DNA from: Candidatus Saccharimonadota bacterium
Lineage (GTDB): Bacteria; Bacteroidota; Bacteroidia; Cytophagales; Amoebophilaceae
Reading direction: 5' to 3'
NCBI RefSeq assembly: GCF_003351905.1
Contig: NZ_CP022339.1
Location: 540,001-572,000 of the forward strand
Length of the DNA: 32,000 bases
The notes beneath the pieces were generated by a model. That model did no database searches. It saw only the letters and a program-made list of their open reading frames with translations, and was not told the DNA's origin. How positions within the stretch are numbered: position 1 is the stretch's first letter; every line of letters begins with the position of its first letter. The translations under genes and the position numbers were made by a program. Of this stretch, positions 1 through 9,454 are shown in pieces.

Positions 1-174
1 AAACAATAATGTTATGGCGATTGTAAAGATACTTTTAAATGAAATCATAGACAAAAAAATTAATAGCGTATTCCATTAAGATGGCCTCTAGGACCATTGT
101 AGCGTTATGTGCACAATAATCCAAAAGCATTTATAGACATCTTACATCCTATTAGGCAGATAGATTGAGCATGC

Positions 175-1527
175 CTAAGAAAGTTTCTGGTGAAACATAC
201 CAACCAATTGATATAGCGCAAACTCTGCATGCTTTACCTTTAAAGCATGCTCGACCACATCGATTTCAGCTTTTTGCGTTGCTTCTTCTGCTTCACGTAA
301 TTCTAGTAGTTTGACCTGCTTCAAGCGATATTTTTCCCTTATAAAAACCAATTTTTGCTTGCTTATTTTTAGTTGCTCCTCTGCTACGCTATGCGCATCT
401 AAGGCATGATGGTATTGCCATTTTTTATCTTCTAAACCATCCTCTAAAGCCAATTTTTGTTGTTTTAACGCAAACGTGGCATTATGCAATGCTATTTTTG
501 CTTTTTTAATTTTTGCAGGCATGAGCAGTAAAGTAGCGATATCAATCTGGATCCCAATGCTTCCAAACCATTTACTAGGCGTAGCATCAAACGCAAATGG
601 TTCATCTTCAAAATTATATGTATACCCCTTCGATTGAAAACAAGCCAATAGGTTTAAACAAGAAAGCGGGTGGGCTTTAGCTCTGCGCAACTCAGTTGCT
701 GCTATAGCTACTTTTTTTTCTTGTATGGCTACCTTTAAATCAACCATTTTTTCTTTTGTGACTGCTTGAATATCCCATATAGGTTGCACAGAAATAGTTG
801 GGTGCACCCATATTTCTTCATTGAGGGGTTTGCCAAGTAGTACATTTAAATTCCGGCGTTTTCCTTTCAGGGCTTCCTGCCGCTCTAATAAGCTTAACTT
901 GACCTGTTTCAGGGCCAGCTGTGCATCCAAACAATCTATTTTGGAGATCCGTCCTACTTTTAATTTTTCTTCTTCTATCTTTAACCTAGCTGTGGCTAGT
1001 TTGATTAGGTTCTTGGATAATTTCCACTTTTTTTGTGCCAAGGCAAGTTTATAGTAAGCCATAACTACCCGCTGTAGTTCTTTTGCTATTGATTTTTTAG
1101 CATCTAGCTTATAGATCACATTATTTTGATGGTGTATTTTAGTTTGGAATATTTTATCGGCTAATGATGCCAATTCCCATTGTAATGTAAAAACAGGTTT
1201 GGATCGCATGTGCGATTGCATAGCGTTTGTTTTGGCGCCATTTTGCTGCGCAGATGATTGTGTGCTTCCTAGCCAGCTGTTTTCGTAAGCCAACATACAA
1301 GTGGCTTGAGGCAGCCATATCTGGAAAGCATCTATTTTACGGGAGAGTATGGCTTTCTTTTTAGTCTGTGCAGCAATCTGAATATTTAAATTATCTTTTA
1401 AGGCCATGTTGATGGCTTCTTGCAAACTGATCGGCTTGCTTTTCGCTTCTGTGCTGTGGTGGCCTAAAAAGGCTATGCTACCTATTAGGCTAAAGCGTAC
1501 AACCCATTTTTTCATTATCAATCTCAT
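175..1527 (-). CDS. TolC-family outer membrane efflux protein, the last gene of the ABC efflux operon
   Basis: 450 aa. It has an N-terminal signal-like segment (MKKWVVRFSLIGSIAFLG). The mature start, ISLQEAINMALKDNLNIQIA, is typical of outer-membrane efflux (OEP) proteins, followed by long heptad-like helical stretches. It begins 8 nt downstream of the ABC ATPase gene. An alternative start is Met5 at 1515. Confidence 0.8.
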   Translation of the reverse strand: MRLIMKKWVVRFSLIGSIAFLGHHSTEAKSKPISLQEAINMALKDNLNIQIAAQTKKKAILSRKIDAFQIWLPQATCMLAYENSWLGSTQSSAQQNGAKTNAMQSHMRSKPVFTLQWELASLADKIFQTKIHHQNNVIYKLDAKKSIAKELQRVVMAYYKLALAQKKWKLSKNLIKLATARLKIEEEKLKVGRISKIDCLDAQLALKQVKLSLLERQEALKGKRRNLNVLLGKPLNEEIWVHPTISVQPIWDIQAVTKEKMVDLKVAIQEKKVAIAATELRRAKAHPLSCLNLLACFQSKGYTYNFEDEPFAFDATPSKWFGSIGIQIDIATLLLMPAKIKKAKIALHNATFALKQQKLALEDGLEDKKWQYHHALDAHSVAEEQLKISKQKLVFIREKYRLKQVKLLELREAEEATQKAEIDVVEHALKVKHAEFALYQLVGMFHQKLS

Positions 1528-1535
1528 TAAATGTA

Positions 1536-2195
1536 TTAGCTAATTTTTCCATCTACAATTTCTTGAATGCTATTGCATTGCCGTGCTACCTGCAGAGCGT
1601 GGGTCACGATAAGAATTGTATTTCCCTCTCTATTCATCTCCTTAAGCAAAGCCATGATCTCATGTGCCGTGCTGCTGTCTAAGGCACCTGTTGGCTCATC
1701 TGCCAAGATGAGGGGAGGAGCTGTGACCAATGCACGGGCAATAGCTATCCTTTGTTGTTGCCCCCCTGAAAGGGCATTGGGTTTATCATGGGCATAGGCA
1801 GTTAATCCCACTCTATCGAGCATGGCCCATGCACGCTTGTAACGCTCTGTTCTGCCTATGCCTTGGTAATAGAGCGGAAGGGCTACATTCTCTAATGCTG
1901 TTTTGAAAGGAATTAAATGAAACTGCTGAAAGATAAACCCAATTAATTGGCTTCTATAGCTGCTAGCATGTTGATACGAAAGATTTTTCATCTGCACACC
2001 ATTCAGATGGTAAGCCCCATGGTCATAGGTATCCAATAGGCCAATAACATGCAACAACGTAGACTTTCCAGCACCAGATTGCCCCATTAAGGCAACAAAA
2101 TCCCCTTTTTCAAGGTGAAAATCTACCCCCCTAAGTACTTCCCTGGTGAGGGTACCCGTCTGAAAGGATTTATATAAGCCCCGTATCTGAATCAT
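1536..2195 (-). CDS. ABC transporter ATP-binding protein (MacB/LolD-type ATPase subunit)
   Basis: 219 aa with Walker A GQSGAGKST, ABC signature LSGGQQQRIAIARAL, Walker B LILADEPTGALD and H-loop VTHA. It is tightly packed between the adaptor and TolC genes. Confidence 0.93.
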   Translation of the reverse strand: MIQIRGLYKSFQTGTLTREVLRGVDFHLEKGDFVALMGQSGAGKSTLLHVIGLLDTYDHGAYHLNGVQMKNLSYQHASSYRSQLIGFIFQQFHLIPFKTALENVALPLYYQGIGRTERYKRAWAMLDRVGLTAYAHDKPNALSGGQQQRIAIARALVTAPPLILADEPTGALDSSTAHEIMALLKEMNREGNTILIVTHALQVARQCNSIQEIVDGKIS

Positions 2196-2196
2196 G

Positions 2197-3312
2197 CTAC
2201 GCTTCTACAATTAATTGGTCTGCCTCCGTAAGGCCTTCTTTTACCTCGACATATAGACCATCGGATAGCCCTAATACCACCTCTTTTTCAACCACTTTAC
2301 CTTCATGTAGACATTTTACGCAATAGGTTGTACCTTTTATTTGAATCATGCTTTCTGGTACGGATAGCACATCATTGACTTGCTCTAGAATCACCTCTGC
2401 AAGCGCTACATACCCTGCCCGTAAAGCAATTTTTGATTTTTTTGGTTTATGTACCACCCCTTCTATGTCAAATTTAATTTCTCCTTTTTGGAATGCCTCT
2501 TCATTGGCCTTGGGTGCAATTTTAGTTAAAGTAACTTGCAGTTTTTCATCATTCAAAGCATTTAATGAGGCGGTAAAGGTCATCCCCTTGGTTAAGTGGA
2601 TCACATCTAATTCACTGACCTGAGCGGAAAACAAAAAATGAGCCATATCCCCAATAAGCGCTACTGTGGTGCCAGACGCTTTGTCACTGATTGCTTGCAC
2701 CATACTGCCCTCCTTAGCAGGTAAACCTAAGATGGTCCCTTTGATAGGGGCTTTTATGATGTTGGCCTCTACGCCTTTTGCTGTAGTATAGCCATATTGA
2801 ATGATTTCTAACTTTTTCTGAGCTGCAGCAACTTTTTCTTTGGTTTGCTCCCAGGCTGCCAATGCCGCTTCATAGGTTTCTTTGGCCAGCATCTTTTTAC
2901 TAAAGAGTTGCTTGCTTCTTAAGTATTTGGTTCTAGCTTGATTGCGATCAATAGTGGCCAAACGTAACTTGCTGGCTGCAGCCTCCACCTCCTTCAGATT
3001 AGGCTGTATTTTAATACGTGCAACCGCTGCGCCTTGTGGCACATAATCCCCTATGCGTACGAATAACTTATCTACCACACCCGTCACATGGGACTCTAAT
3101 TTATTTTCTTTATAGGGCATCAGGCTACCAGAAAAAACTTTTTTGCGCACAATCGTTCTACGCGTGGGCTCGGTAGTTTGAAAAGTGACCGGATCTAACT
3201 TCAAGATTGTCCGCGTTAGTTGTTCCCATTTCGTTTTATATATTTTGGAGTAAGCAAAAACCCCTCCAGCTATGAGACCAGTGATTAAAATCAATTTGGT
3301 TATTGTACGCAT
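2197..3312 (-). CDS. Efflux periplasmic adaptor subunit (HlyD/MacA-type membrane fusion protein)
   Basis: 371 aa. It has an N-terminal membrane anchor (ITKLILITGLIAGGVFAY), a lipoyl-like segment (GVVDKLFVRIGDYVPQGAAVARI) and a coiled-coil hairpin (AAASKLRLA...AAWEQTKEKVAAAQKKLE). The gaps to the flanking transporter genes are 1-2 nt. Confidence 0.8.
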   Translation of the reverse strand: MRTITKLILITGLIAGGVFAYSKIYKTKWEQLTRTILKLDPVTFQTTEPTRRTIVRKKVFSGSLMPYKENKLESHVTGVVDKLFVRIGDYVPQGAAVARIKIQPNLKEVEAAASKLRLATIDRNQARTKYLRSKQLFSKKMLAKETYEAALAAWEQTKEKVAAAQKKLEIIQYGYTTAKGVEANIIKAPIKGTILGLPAKEGSMVQAISDKASGTTVALIGDMAHFLFSAQVSELDVIHLTKGMTFTASLNALNDEKLQVTLTKIAPKANEEAFQKGEIKFDIEGVVHKPKKSKIALRAGYVALAEVILEQVNDVLSVPESMIQIKGTTYCVKCLHEGKVVEKEVVLGLSDGLYVEVKEGLTEADQLIVEA

Positions 3313-3314
3313 TT

Positions 3315-4529
3315 TTATTCTTTATTTAAAGCATCTACTGGTTTAATGTATCCTACTCTTTTTATAGGGATAATGGCTGCTAAACAACCAGATAGTACCA
3401 AGACGACTAAGGCATATAGAGAAAATTGAAATTCGAAACGGGCGATGCCATGATTTTCAACCATAGGAAGCAGGTAGCGATTCATCCATTGGAGTATGCC
3501 TATACCGGCTCCTAGTCCCAATATACCGGAAATCAAGTTAATGACAATCGATTCCAGCAAAATTAAACCCATGATATCGCTGGGTTTTGCGCCCATCACT
3601 TTACGAATGGCCAATTCTTGCCTACGCTCTTTTACTACAACCAGCATCATATTACTGACACCTACCACACCACTAACCAAAAAGCAGAGGCTCACTAGCC
3701 CAATAAACCCTTTCATAACGTTAAACAACACTTCAAAAATCGTAGTCCTTTGAAATGGGCCACGTATGCATAGCGCGTCCTGCTGATTCGCGTTAAAATT
3801 GAGTCGCTTGGCTAGATAGGTGAGTACTTTTGCTGCTGCCTCTATCGCATTTTGTTTGGGTGCTAGGGTAGCTATGATACCATCAATGCCTTCCGCATGC
3901 CCACGAAACAATGCTTTAAATAAACTGCTGGGCAGCATGATGCGTGTGTTATTGAACCAAATCGTTTCGTCTAATACACCAATTACACATACCCTAACGC
4001 CATCTATTGCGATAAATTGCCCTACTGCTTGGCGCGCATCAAATATTTTCTTTTTCATCTCTAAGCCCAGTATACATACTGAGCGTCTTTCCGCTATGTC
4101 ACGCGCATTGAAAAAACGCCCCTCTACAAGGGCTAAGTCGTTGATCTTTTCATACCCAACCCCTACACCCAGCAGATCACTTTTGTGTATGACTGGTCCA
4201 TACGCCACCGAGCTTGCTTTTTGAAAAAAAGGCATCACTTGGCTAAATAGATTTAAACCAGTGGCCAGTGCATTGGCTATGGCTTCTGTCAGGTGGATAG
4301 AAGCCGTTGACCCATACCCTTCAGAAATATACATACAACGCGTAGTATAGCTGCGAAACCGCTGCATCATACCATTGTGAATACCACTGCCTACGCCTTG
4401 TAAAAGCACCCAGATAAGCATGGCCCACATAACGCCAAAACCCGAAAAAATAGTCCTGATTTTATGGGCTTTTAAACTATGTAAAACCTCTATAAACCAT
4501 TGATATCCAAACATATATAATATAATCAA
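3315..4529 (-). CDS. ABC transporter permease, FtsX/MacB family (second of two)
   Basis: 404 aa. It has an N-terminal transmembrane helix, a large extracytoplasmic domain and a C-terminal 3-TM FtsX module with the motif VKERRQELAIRKVMGAKPSDI. It is a paralogue of the upstream permease. Confidence 0.85.
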   Translation of the reverse strand: MIILYMFGYQWFIEVLHSLKAHKIRTIFSGFGVMWAMLIWVLLQGVGSGIHNGMMQRFRSYTTRCMYISEGYGSTASIHLTEAIANALATGLNLFSQVMPFFQKASSVAYGPVIHKSDLLGVGVGYEKINDLALVEGRFFNARDIAERRSVCILGLEMKKKIFDARQAVGQFIAIDGVRVCVIGVLDETIWFNNTRIMLPSSLFKALFRGHAEGIDGIIATLAPKQNAIEAAAKVLTYLAKRLNFNANQQDALCIRGPFQRTTIFEVLFNVMKGFIGLVSLCFLVSGVVGVSNMMLVVVKERRQELAIRKVMGAKPSDIMGLILLESIVINLISGILGLGAGIGILQWMNRYLLPMVENHGIARFEFQFSLYALVVLVLSGCLAAIIPIKRVGYIKPVDALNKE

Positions 4530-4579
4530 TATCCGTTCAGGTAATAGATAGACTGCCCCAAAACGAGCAAAAGTTCCCT

Positions 4580-5809
4580 TTACTTATTGCCCAATGCTTC
4601 GATAGGCTTTATCTGTACCGCACGCATAGCCGGTAGCATCCCTGCCAAGCAACTGGTTGCGATGATTAATCCCAATCCACCCAACATATATTCAAGGGGA
4701 AAGGTTAAAGTAGATAGGTAATAGGTTTTGCACAGCGGCACTACCCATTTATTAAACAGTTGGATCAGTGTAAAGCCTGCTCCAAAACCGATGATACCAG
4801 CCACAAGGGTGACCATCACTACTTCACATACAATCATCGCCATAATATCTATAGAACGGCTCCCTAATACATTTCGAATCGCCATTTCGTTGCGTCTTTC
4901 TTGAATGGTCACTAGCATCATGTTACCCATGCCTACCATACCAGTGATGAGCAGACATATACCGATGATCGTATTAAAAATAGCTATGTTGTTAAACAAC
5001 TTATGAAATTTATCGGCATGTTTGGTGATACTAAATAGTTCAAGTGCTTGGGTATCGTTCACATCAAAATGCAAATGGCGCGCAAAATAAGCGCGGAGTT
5101 GTTTTTCCACGACTGCCTCACGTGCAGTTGGTACTAGGGTGAGTCGAATAGCATCTACATAATGGCTGCGTTGAGGAAATAGCGCTTTGCACAAGCTATG
5201 GGGCAGCAATATCGCATTAGATTCACCATAAAGGCTGGCTTCTAATGTATCTAGTACACCCACTACTTGCAAACCTATATCCCCCAAAAAAATATATTGC
5301 CCAAGGGCAGAGGCATGCCCAAATAATTTTTCTTTCATATTGATGCCCAGAATGCAAATGTTATTGCCTACTCCTGCATCACGTGGTGTAAAAAAGCGCC
5401 CTTCCTGTATGGGTAAATGAGCCAATAAAGCATAGCAGGGTGCACAGCCCAAAATAGGTGCCGTGACCTTTTGGGTGGCATACCTTACGGGATGCTTACA
5501 CTGTAAGATAGGGCTACTATGCTGAATCGTGTGAAAGGATTGAGATAAGTTTACAGCCATGGCTGCTGGAATAGCATGGTGGACACCCGCACTGCTTCCT
5601 CCCCTGATGGTTATGGTTTTTGCGCCATACTTTGCAAAGACTTCGGAAACACCATTGTGAAAGCCATTGCCCACAGCTAATAGCAACATCCATATAAAAA
5701 CAGCCCATAATAGACCAAACCCCATCGATAAGGTTTGCGTGGTATAAGTGGTAAGGCGCTGGTAGGCCTCTTTTAAAGCATGTAAAACACACATAAGCAA
5801 TCTAATCAC
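4580..5809 (-). CDS. ABC transporter permease, FtsX/MacB family (first of two)
   Basis: 409 aa with the same architecture as 3315..4529. The FtsX motif is IQERRNEMAIRNVLGSRSIDI. It is the first gene of the efflux operon. Confidence 0.85.
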   Translation of the reverse strand: MIRLLMCVLHALKEAYQRLTTYTTQTLSMGFGLLWAVFIWMLLLAVGNGFHNGVSEVFAKYGAKTITIRGGSSAGVHHAIPAAMAVNLSQSFHTIQHSSPILQCKHPVRYATQKVTAPILGCAPCYALLAHLPIQEGRFFTPRDAGVGNNICILGINMKEKLFGHASALGQYIFLGDIGLQVVGVLDTLEASLYGESNAILLPHSLCKALFPQRSHYVDAIRLTLVPTAREAVVEKQLRAYFARHLHFDVNDTQALELFSITKHADKFHKLFNNIAIFNTIIGICLLITGMVGMGNMMLVTIQERRNEMAIRNVLGSRSIDIMAMIVCEVVMVTLVAGIIGFGAGFTLIQLFNKWVVPLCKTYYLSTLTFPLEYMLGGLGLIIATSCLAGMLPAMRAVQIKPIEALGNK

Positions 5810-5911
5810 AAAACAAGCATCTCATATAAATTGGGCCCATCCCTTCACCCCTTATGTTTTGATGTAATCTATTAAACTTTCTTCTATCATTAAAGGCGTA
5901 ATATGATTTTA

Positions 5912-6814
5912 TCAGCTTTCTTCTGCTCTAGGATGGGCTTTTTTGAAAACTTCTTTTAATCTCGTTAAAGCATTATGGGTATAGACTTGGGTAGCAGCTA
6001 AGCTGGCATGACCCAATAGTTCTTTAATAGCCTGTAAATCCGCTCCGTTATCTAATAAATGCGTGGCAAAGGTATGGCGGAATATATGTGGGCTGTGTTG
6101 ACTGGCACGTGTAGCGGGTGCCAAATACTTCTTAACGATTCGGTAAATAAACATAGGATAAGTGGGTTGGCCCGTGTTGGTAACGATGAGTTGAGGGGTA
6201 AGCGGATGGCCCAGTTTTTCTTTTGCGCTTATATAAGCGGTGATCAATTGAATCAATGGTTTTGGAAAAGGAATTATACGTGCTTTATCACGTTTCCCCA
6301 ACACCTTAACCGTTCCATCTTCCAGGTTGATGTCTGTTTGGCAAAGCGCGACCAGCTCAGCTAGGCGCATCCCTGTTCCATATAGTAGCTCCAAAATTAA
6401 TCGATCACGCAAGCCAGCAAAGTTAACCGGAAATAGATATGGGTTTAGGACAGCCAGCAGTTCCTTTTCTTGAAAAAAGATGGGCAACCTTTTTTTTCCT
6501 TTTAGACTTTTCAATGCATCTGTGGGGCGATCAACCATCAGCCCTTTTTTCGCTAAAAACACATAAAAAGCACGCAGCGCAGCCATTTTTCTATTGATAG
6601 AACGATGGGCCAAGCCCCCTTTAGCCAAAGCCATCATCCATCCACGTAGATCCTGTCCGGTTACCGCTGTTGCTATTTTTTCAGGGGCCTGTTCAGAGAG
6701 GTAATGGATCAATTGGCTTACGTCCGTTGTATAAGCCATAACGGTATGCAGACTCGCTCTCCTTTCTGCTGTTAAATAGGCCTCAAAAAGCGCAAGGAGT
6801 GATGGATGGTCCAT
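5912..6814 (-). CDS. Tyrosine site-specific recombinase, XerC/XerD family
   Basis: 300 aa. It has an N-terminal SAM-like domain (FEAYLTAERRASLHTVMAYTTDV). The catalytic residues are present: GTGMRLAEL (Arg), HIFRHTFATHLL (HxxR) and LLGHASLAATQVYTH (His and Tyr). It starts 2 nt after rpsU, a pairing I recall as conserved in Bacteroidota. Confidence 0.88.
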   Translation of the reverse strand: MDHPSLLALFEAYLTAERRASLHTVMAYTTDVSQLIHYLSEQAPEKIATAVTGQDLRGWMMALAKGGLAHRSINRKMAALRAFYVFLAKKGLMVDRPTDALKSLKGKKRLPIFFQEKELLAVLNPYLFPVNFAGLRDRLILELLYGTGMRLAELVALCQTDINLEDGTVKVLGKRDKARIIPFPKPLIQLITAYISAKEKLGHPLTPQLIVTNTGQPTYPMFIYRIVKKYLAPATRASQHSPHIFRHTFATHLLDNGADLQAIKELLGHASLAATQVYTHNALTRLKEVFKKAHPRAEES

Positions 6815-6816
6815 CT

Positions 6817-7008
6817 TTACCCATTGTTGCCTAGTATTCGATACTTATGCATCGCCTTTAACTTTTTAGCTTTTCTGCTTACGGTGGGTTTCATATACGC
6901 CATACGTTGTCTAGCCTCTTTTAGTACACCCACACGCTCCACTTTCTTTTTAAATCTTTTGAGTGCTTTATCTACACCTTCGTTGTCTTTTACTTCTACA
7001 ACAATCAT
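6817..7008 (-). CDS. rpsU: 30S ribosomal protein S21
   Basis: 63 aa. The sequence MIVVEVKDNEGVDKALKRFKKKVERVGVLKEARQRMAYMKPTVSRKAKK is a typical S21 sequence. Confidence 0.95.
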   Translation of the reverse strand: MIVVEVKDNEGVDKALKRFKKKVERVGVLKEARQRMAYMKPTVSRKAKKLKAMHKYRILGNNG

Positions 7009-7045
7009 ACCTTTACTTTAGTTTGTCATTAAAATGGTTATTGGC

Positions 7046-7657
7046 CCTGTTCACCCAATGGCGGGGGCTTAAGGAACTGTATTGATTTTCAAATAAAAAT
7101 ATCTACTCTCGCCATTGGTTAATAATGAATTTTATCCCACTTTTTTCTTGATAAAAAAGTGGACAAAAAATCAAGCCCTCGGCAAAAAGCCGCTGAAAGC
7201 GTCATCCTACAGATGGGAAAACAGAAAGCGCCCCCAAAGGGGGCTTCAAAGGAAACTGTTTTTCCTAATCATCTGTAAGATGCTACTTTCTAAACCGCGA
7301 CTTTTTTCAGGGGCGGTTTTTTTTGACGCAAAAAACCACCGCGCTGAACAGATACTATATTTGCTGCTATTTCGTCACGTTAAGGCGCTTATGTCCGCCG
7401 ATAAAAAAACTTGGCGCTTCAGTAAACTTGTAGTTTACGGACGAACTGTTGTTCAGCGGATTAGAAAAACAGCCCTTGTTTGAAGCCCACGCAGTGGGCG
7501 AGTTCTGTTTTTCCAGCTGAACAACAGTTCGTTTCATTATTTTTACTGTGCGCCAACTTTTTATTGGCGGACATGGGCAGCAGCGTATACGCATGAGCCA
7601 TTTCTATCTCTGTGTTAGAACAGATGTCCCTTAAGCCCTCGCTATTGCCTGTTCACC
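7046..7657 (+). mobile_element. Non-autonomous transposable element (MITE, copy A): a 592-bp body at 7056-7647 plus flanking 10-bp direct repeats
   Basis: The TIRs are 7056-7074 (caatggcgggggcttaagg) and 7629-7647 (ccttaagccctcgctattg), which are reverse complements at 17/19 positions. An identical 10-bp direct repeat, cctgttcacc, lies at 7046-7055 and 7648-7657. The interior is made of hairpins with no credible ORF. Its 7114-7212 module recurs at 20573-20672 and, inverted, at 27249-27348. Confidence 0.8.
7391..7575. repeat. Long imperfect palindrome (about 85-nt arms) inside MITE copy A
   Basis: The left arm starts atgtccgccgataaaaaaacttggcgc...gaactgttgttcagc. The right arm is gctgaacaacagttc...gcgccaactttttattggcggacat. 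A central mini-hairpin, gcccac-gca-gtgggc, lies at about 7484-7498. Confidence 0.8.
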
Positions 7658-7732
7658 TACAAATCTACTCTAAAAACAGCGCAAGCACAAGGTTGCCTCA
7701 AAAATATTTTGTTTTAGCTATGTAAAAATTGC

Positions 7733-9454
7733 TTAGTGCGCGGTCGGTCCGTTGGTTGGGTTGGCGCTGCAGCGTGGTTTTCTTTTACGCTGCCGTCGTC
7801 TCATATAGGCGATGCAAAACAATAGCAAACAAGCCCATGAAGCAATATAACCAATGTAATCCCCATATAGGCTATAAAAAGTCATTTGATGGTTGGCCTG
7901 TACTACTGCGCGCCTAGCCGCTATTTCTAACCGGTTGGTAGCAGCGATTGTTTCCCCCCGTTGATTGATGAAGCCAGAAATACCGGTATTGGCTGCACGC
8001 ATCACACTCCTTCGATGGGCGATTGCTACTAAACGACTATATTGAAAGAACTGTTGGTAGATAGGGGTATTACCCCACCACCCATCATTGGTTACTACTG
8101 CAAAAAGATTGGCCCCTTTTTGCACACTACTACCTACAAAAGCACCATATAACAACTCATAACAGATAATCGGTGCAACCTTGAGTTGAGGATGGATGGA
8201 AAAAGTTTTAGCGCCATCTCCCTTAGCAAGGCAAGGCGTTAGCCCCCCGCCAATATCATGAATCATTTGCTTGACCCAGTTGTGTACGCTTTCTGGTAAA
8301 ATATAAAAATAGGGGATAAATTCTCCACCGGGTAATCTTTTTACCTTGTGGTATATATCCGTTGGGCGTCCAGTCTTTAAATGCAATACACTATTGAAAT
8401 AGTCAACATAGTCCCGTTGCTTGAGTTGAGCAGTTTTTGTAGCCTTAGTTGGGCCATACATACGAAAAGAACTAGCCCCAGTTATCAGGTGCAAGGCAGC
8501 ATGCGCTTCTAGAAATTGATATATAGGCTGCATCAATAGATAGTCACGCACCCATGCTTCTTCTAAATCCTTAGCAATGGCCGATTCGGGCCAAACTACT
8601 AAAGAAGTTGCTGGAGTAAGCTGCTCTTTAGAAAGGGTCAATAGCCGATCTATTTGACCTTTATAAGGCACGAAATATGGAGAGGTGCAATCTTTTTCAG
8701 TATAGTTATCAAAATTAGGTTGTACCACTACTGCCTCTACATCGCTACCTTTTTCTTGATAGGTGTAATAGATGATGAAACTTATAGATAGGGGTAGTAG
8801 CAACCAAGCCAAAAATCCCTTGCGTAGTGCAGGATGGGCTTGTTCAAATAGCAAATGGTAAACCAGGATATTCAGCACTAGAACCCAAAGGGATCCGCCA
8901 AGTATCCCTGTATATTCGTACCACTGAATCCATTTTGGCAGTGCGGCCAGTCCGTTGCCTAAGTTTAGCCAAGGAAAGGTCAGTTCCCAACATTCCCAGG
9001 AGAGATGGGCATGTTCTAGCGTTAACCAACTGGTGATCAGGCCTAGATAGCCTATATATAGGCCACCCCATTTGCGCATGTAGTAATAAAAACACCAAGG
9101 AAAAAAAAGGAACAACGTATTACCGCATGCTGCAAAGAAAAATCCTTCAAGACAAGCAGCATTATAAATCCACCAGAGCGCTATTGTATTCCAAAGAAAC
9201 AGCGTCAATAGAATAGAAGAGAGGCAAAAGCGGGTTTTTTTAGGTGTTATCGTGCTTAGTTTCATGATACCCAGCATAGGCACAATAGCTACGCACAACA
9301 AGCCGCCCAACCAAGCAGAGCACCAGGATAGGTAAAACAAGCTACTGCTCAAGGCGATTAAAAGGCATACATACCGTTTGGAAAATGAAGCAAGTTTGGT
9401 GGTAATACGTGTGGCCCATAAAGCAAACGAAGTGGTATCCAGATGACTATACAT
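7733..9454 (-). CDS. lnt: Apolipoprotein N-acyltransferase
   Basis: 573 aa. It has a polytopic N-terminal membrane domain followed by a CN-hydrolase domain with VVWPESA (Glu), KVKRLPGGEFIPY (Lys region), PIICYELLY (Cys) and NDGWWG motifs. Confidence 0.88.
   Translation of the reverse strand: MYSHLDTTSFALWATRITTKLASFSKRYVCLLIALSSSLFYLSWCSAWLGGLLCVAIVPMLGIMKLSTITPKKTRFCLSSILLTLFLWNTIALWWIYNAACLEGFFFAACGNTLFLFFPWCFYYYMRKWGGLYIGYLGLITSWLTLEHAHLSWECWELTFPWLNLGNGLAALPKWIQWYEYTGILGGSLWVLVLNILVYHLLFEQAHPALRKGFLAWLLLPLSISFIIYYTYQEKGSDVEAVVVQPNFDNYTEKDCTSPYFVPYKGQIDRLLTLSKEQLTPATSLVVWPESAIAKDLEEAWVRDYLLMQPIYQFLEAHAALHLITGASSFRMYGPTKATKTAQLKQRDYVDYFNSVLHLKTGRPTDIYHKVKRLPGGEFIPYFYILPESVHNWVKQMIHDIGGGLTPCLAKGDGAKTFSIHPQLKVAPIICYELLYGAFVGSSVQKGANLFAVVTNDGWWGNTPIYQQFFQYSRLVAIAHRRSVMRAANTGISGFINQRGETIAATNRLEIAARRAVVQANHQMTFYSLYGDYIGYIASWACLLLFCIAYMRRRQRKRKPRCSANPTNGPTAH

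Noticed and set aside
3820-4224. Nested antisense ORFs inside confident genes, such as 3820..4224, 821..1054, 1567..1797, 2348..2623, 3496..3753, 5517..5792, 6059..6364, 8827..9098, 12250..12447, 14270..14593, 17229..17459, 17905..18150, 18705..18983, 19501..19728, 20251..20478, 23124..23411, 24365..24571 and 25340..25525
   Set aside because: All are shadow frames of well-supported genes. They have compositionally odd translations and no motifs.
175-5809. The five-gene efflux cluster considered as a novel system
   Set aside because: It has the standard MacAB-TolC-like architecture common in Bacteroidota: two FtsX permeases, a membrane fusion protein, an ABC ATPase and an outer-membrane factor. 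All motifs are canonical and nothing is unusual beyond the tight packing.
5912-6814. The tyrosine recombinase considered as the integrase of a genomic island or prophage
   Set aside because: It has XerC/D-like length and motifs. It is translationally coupled to rpsU in a housekeeping context, with no att-like repeats, tRNA or phage genes nearby. The adjacent MITE has its own TIR and target-site-duplication footprint, which is transposase-type rather than integrase-type.
7115-7594. Track ORFs 7115..7483 (+, 122 aa) and 7367..7594 (-, 75 aa)
   Set aside because: Both lie entirely inside the hairpin-rich MITE. Their translations are low-complexity read-through of repeat DNA. The corresponding frames are interrupted in copies B and C. 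They have no start context or family resemblance.
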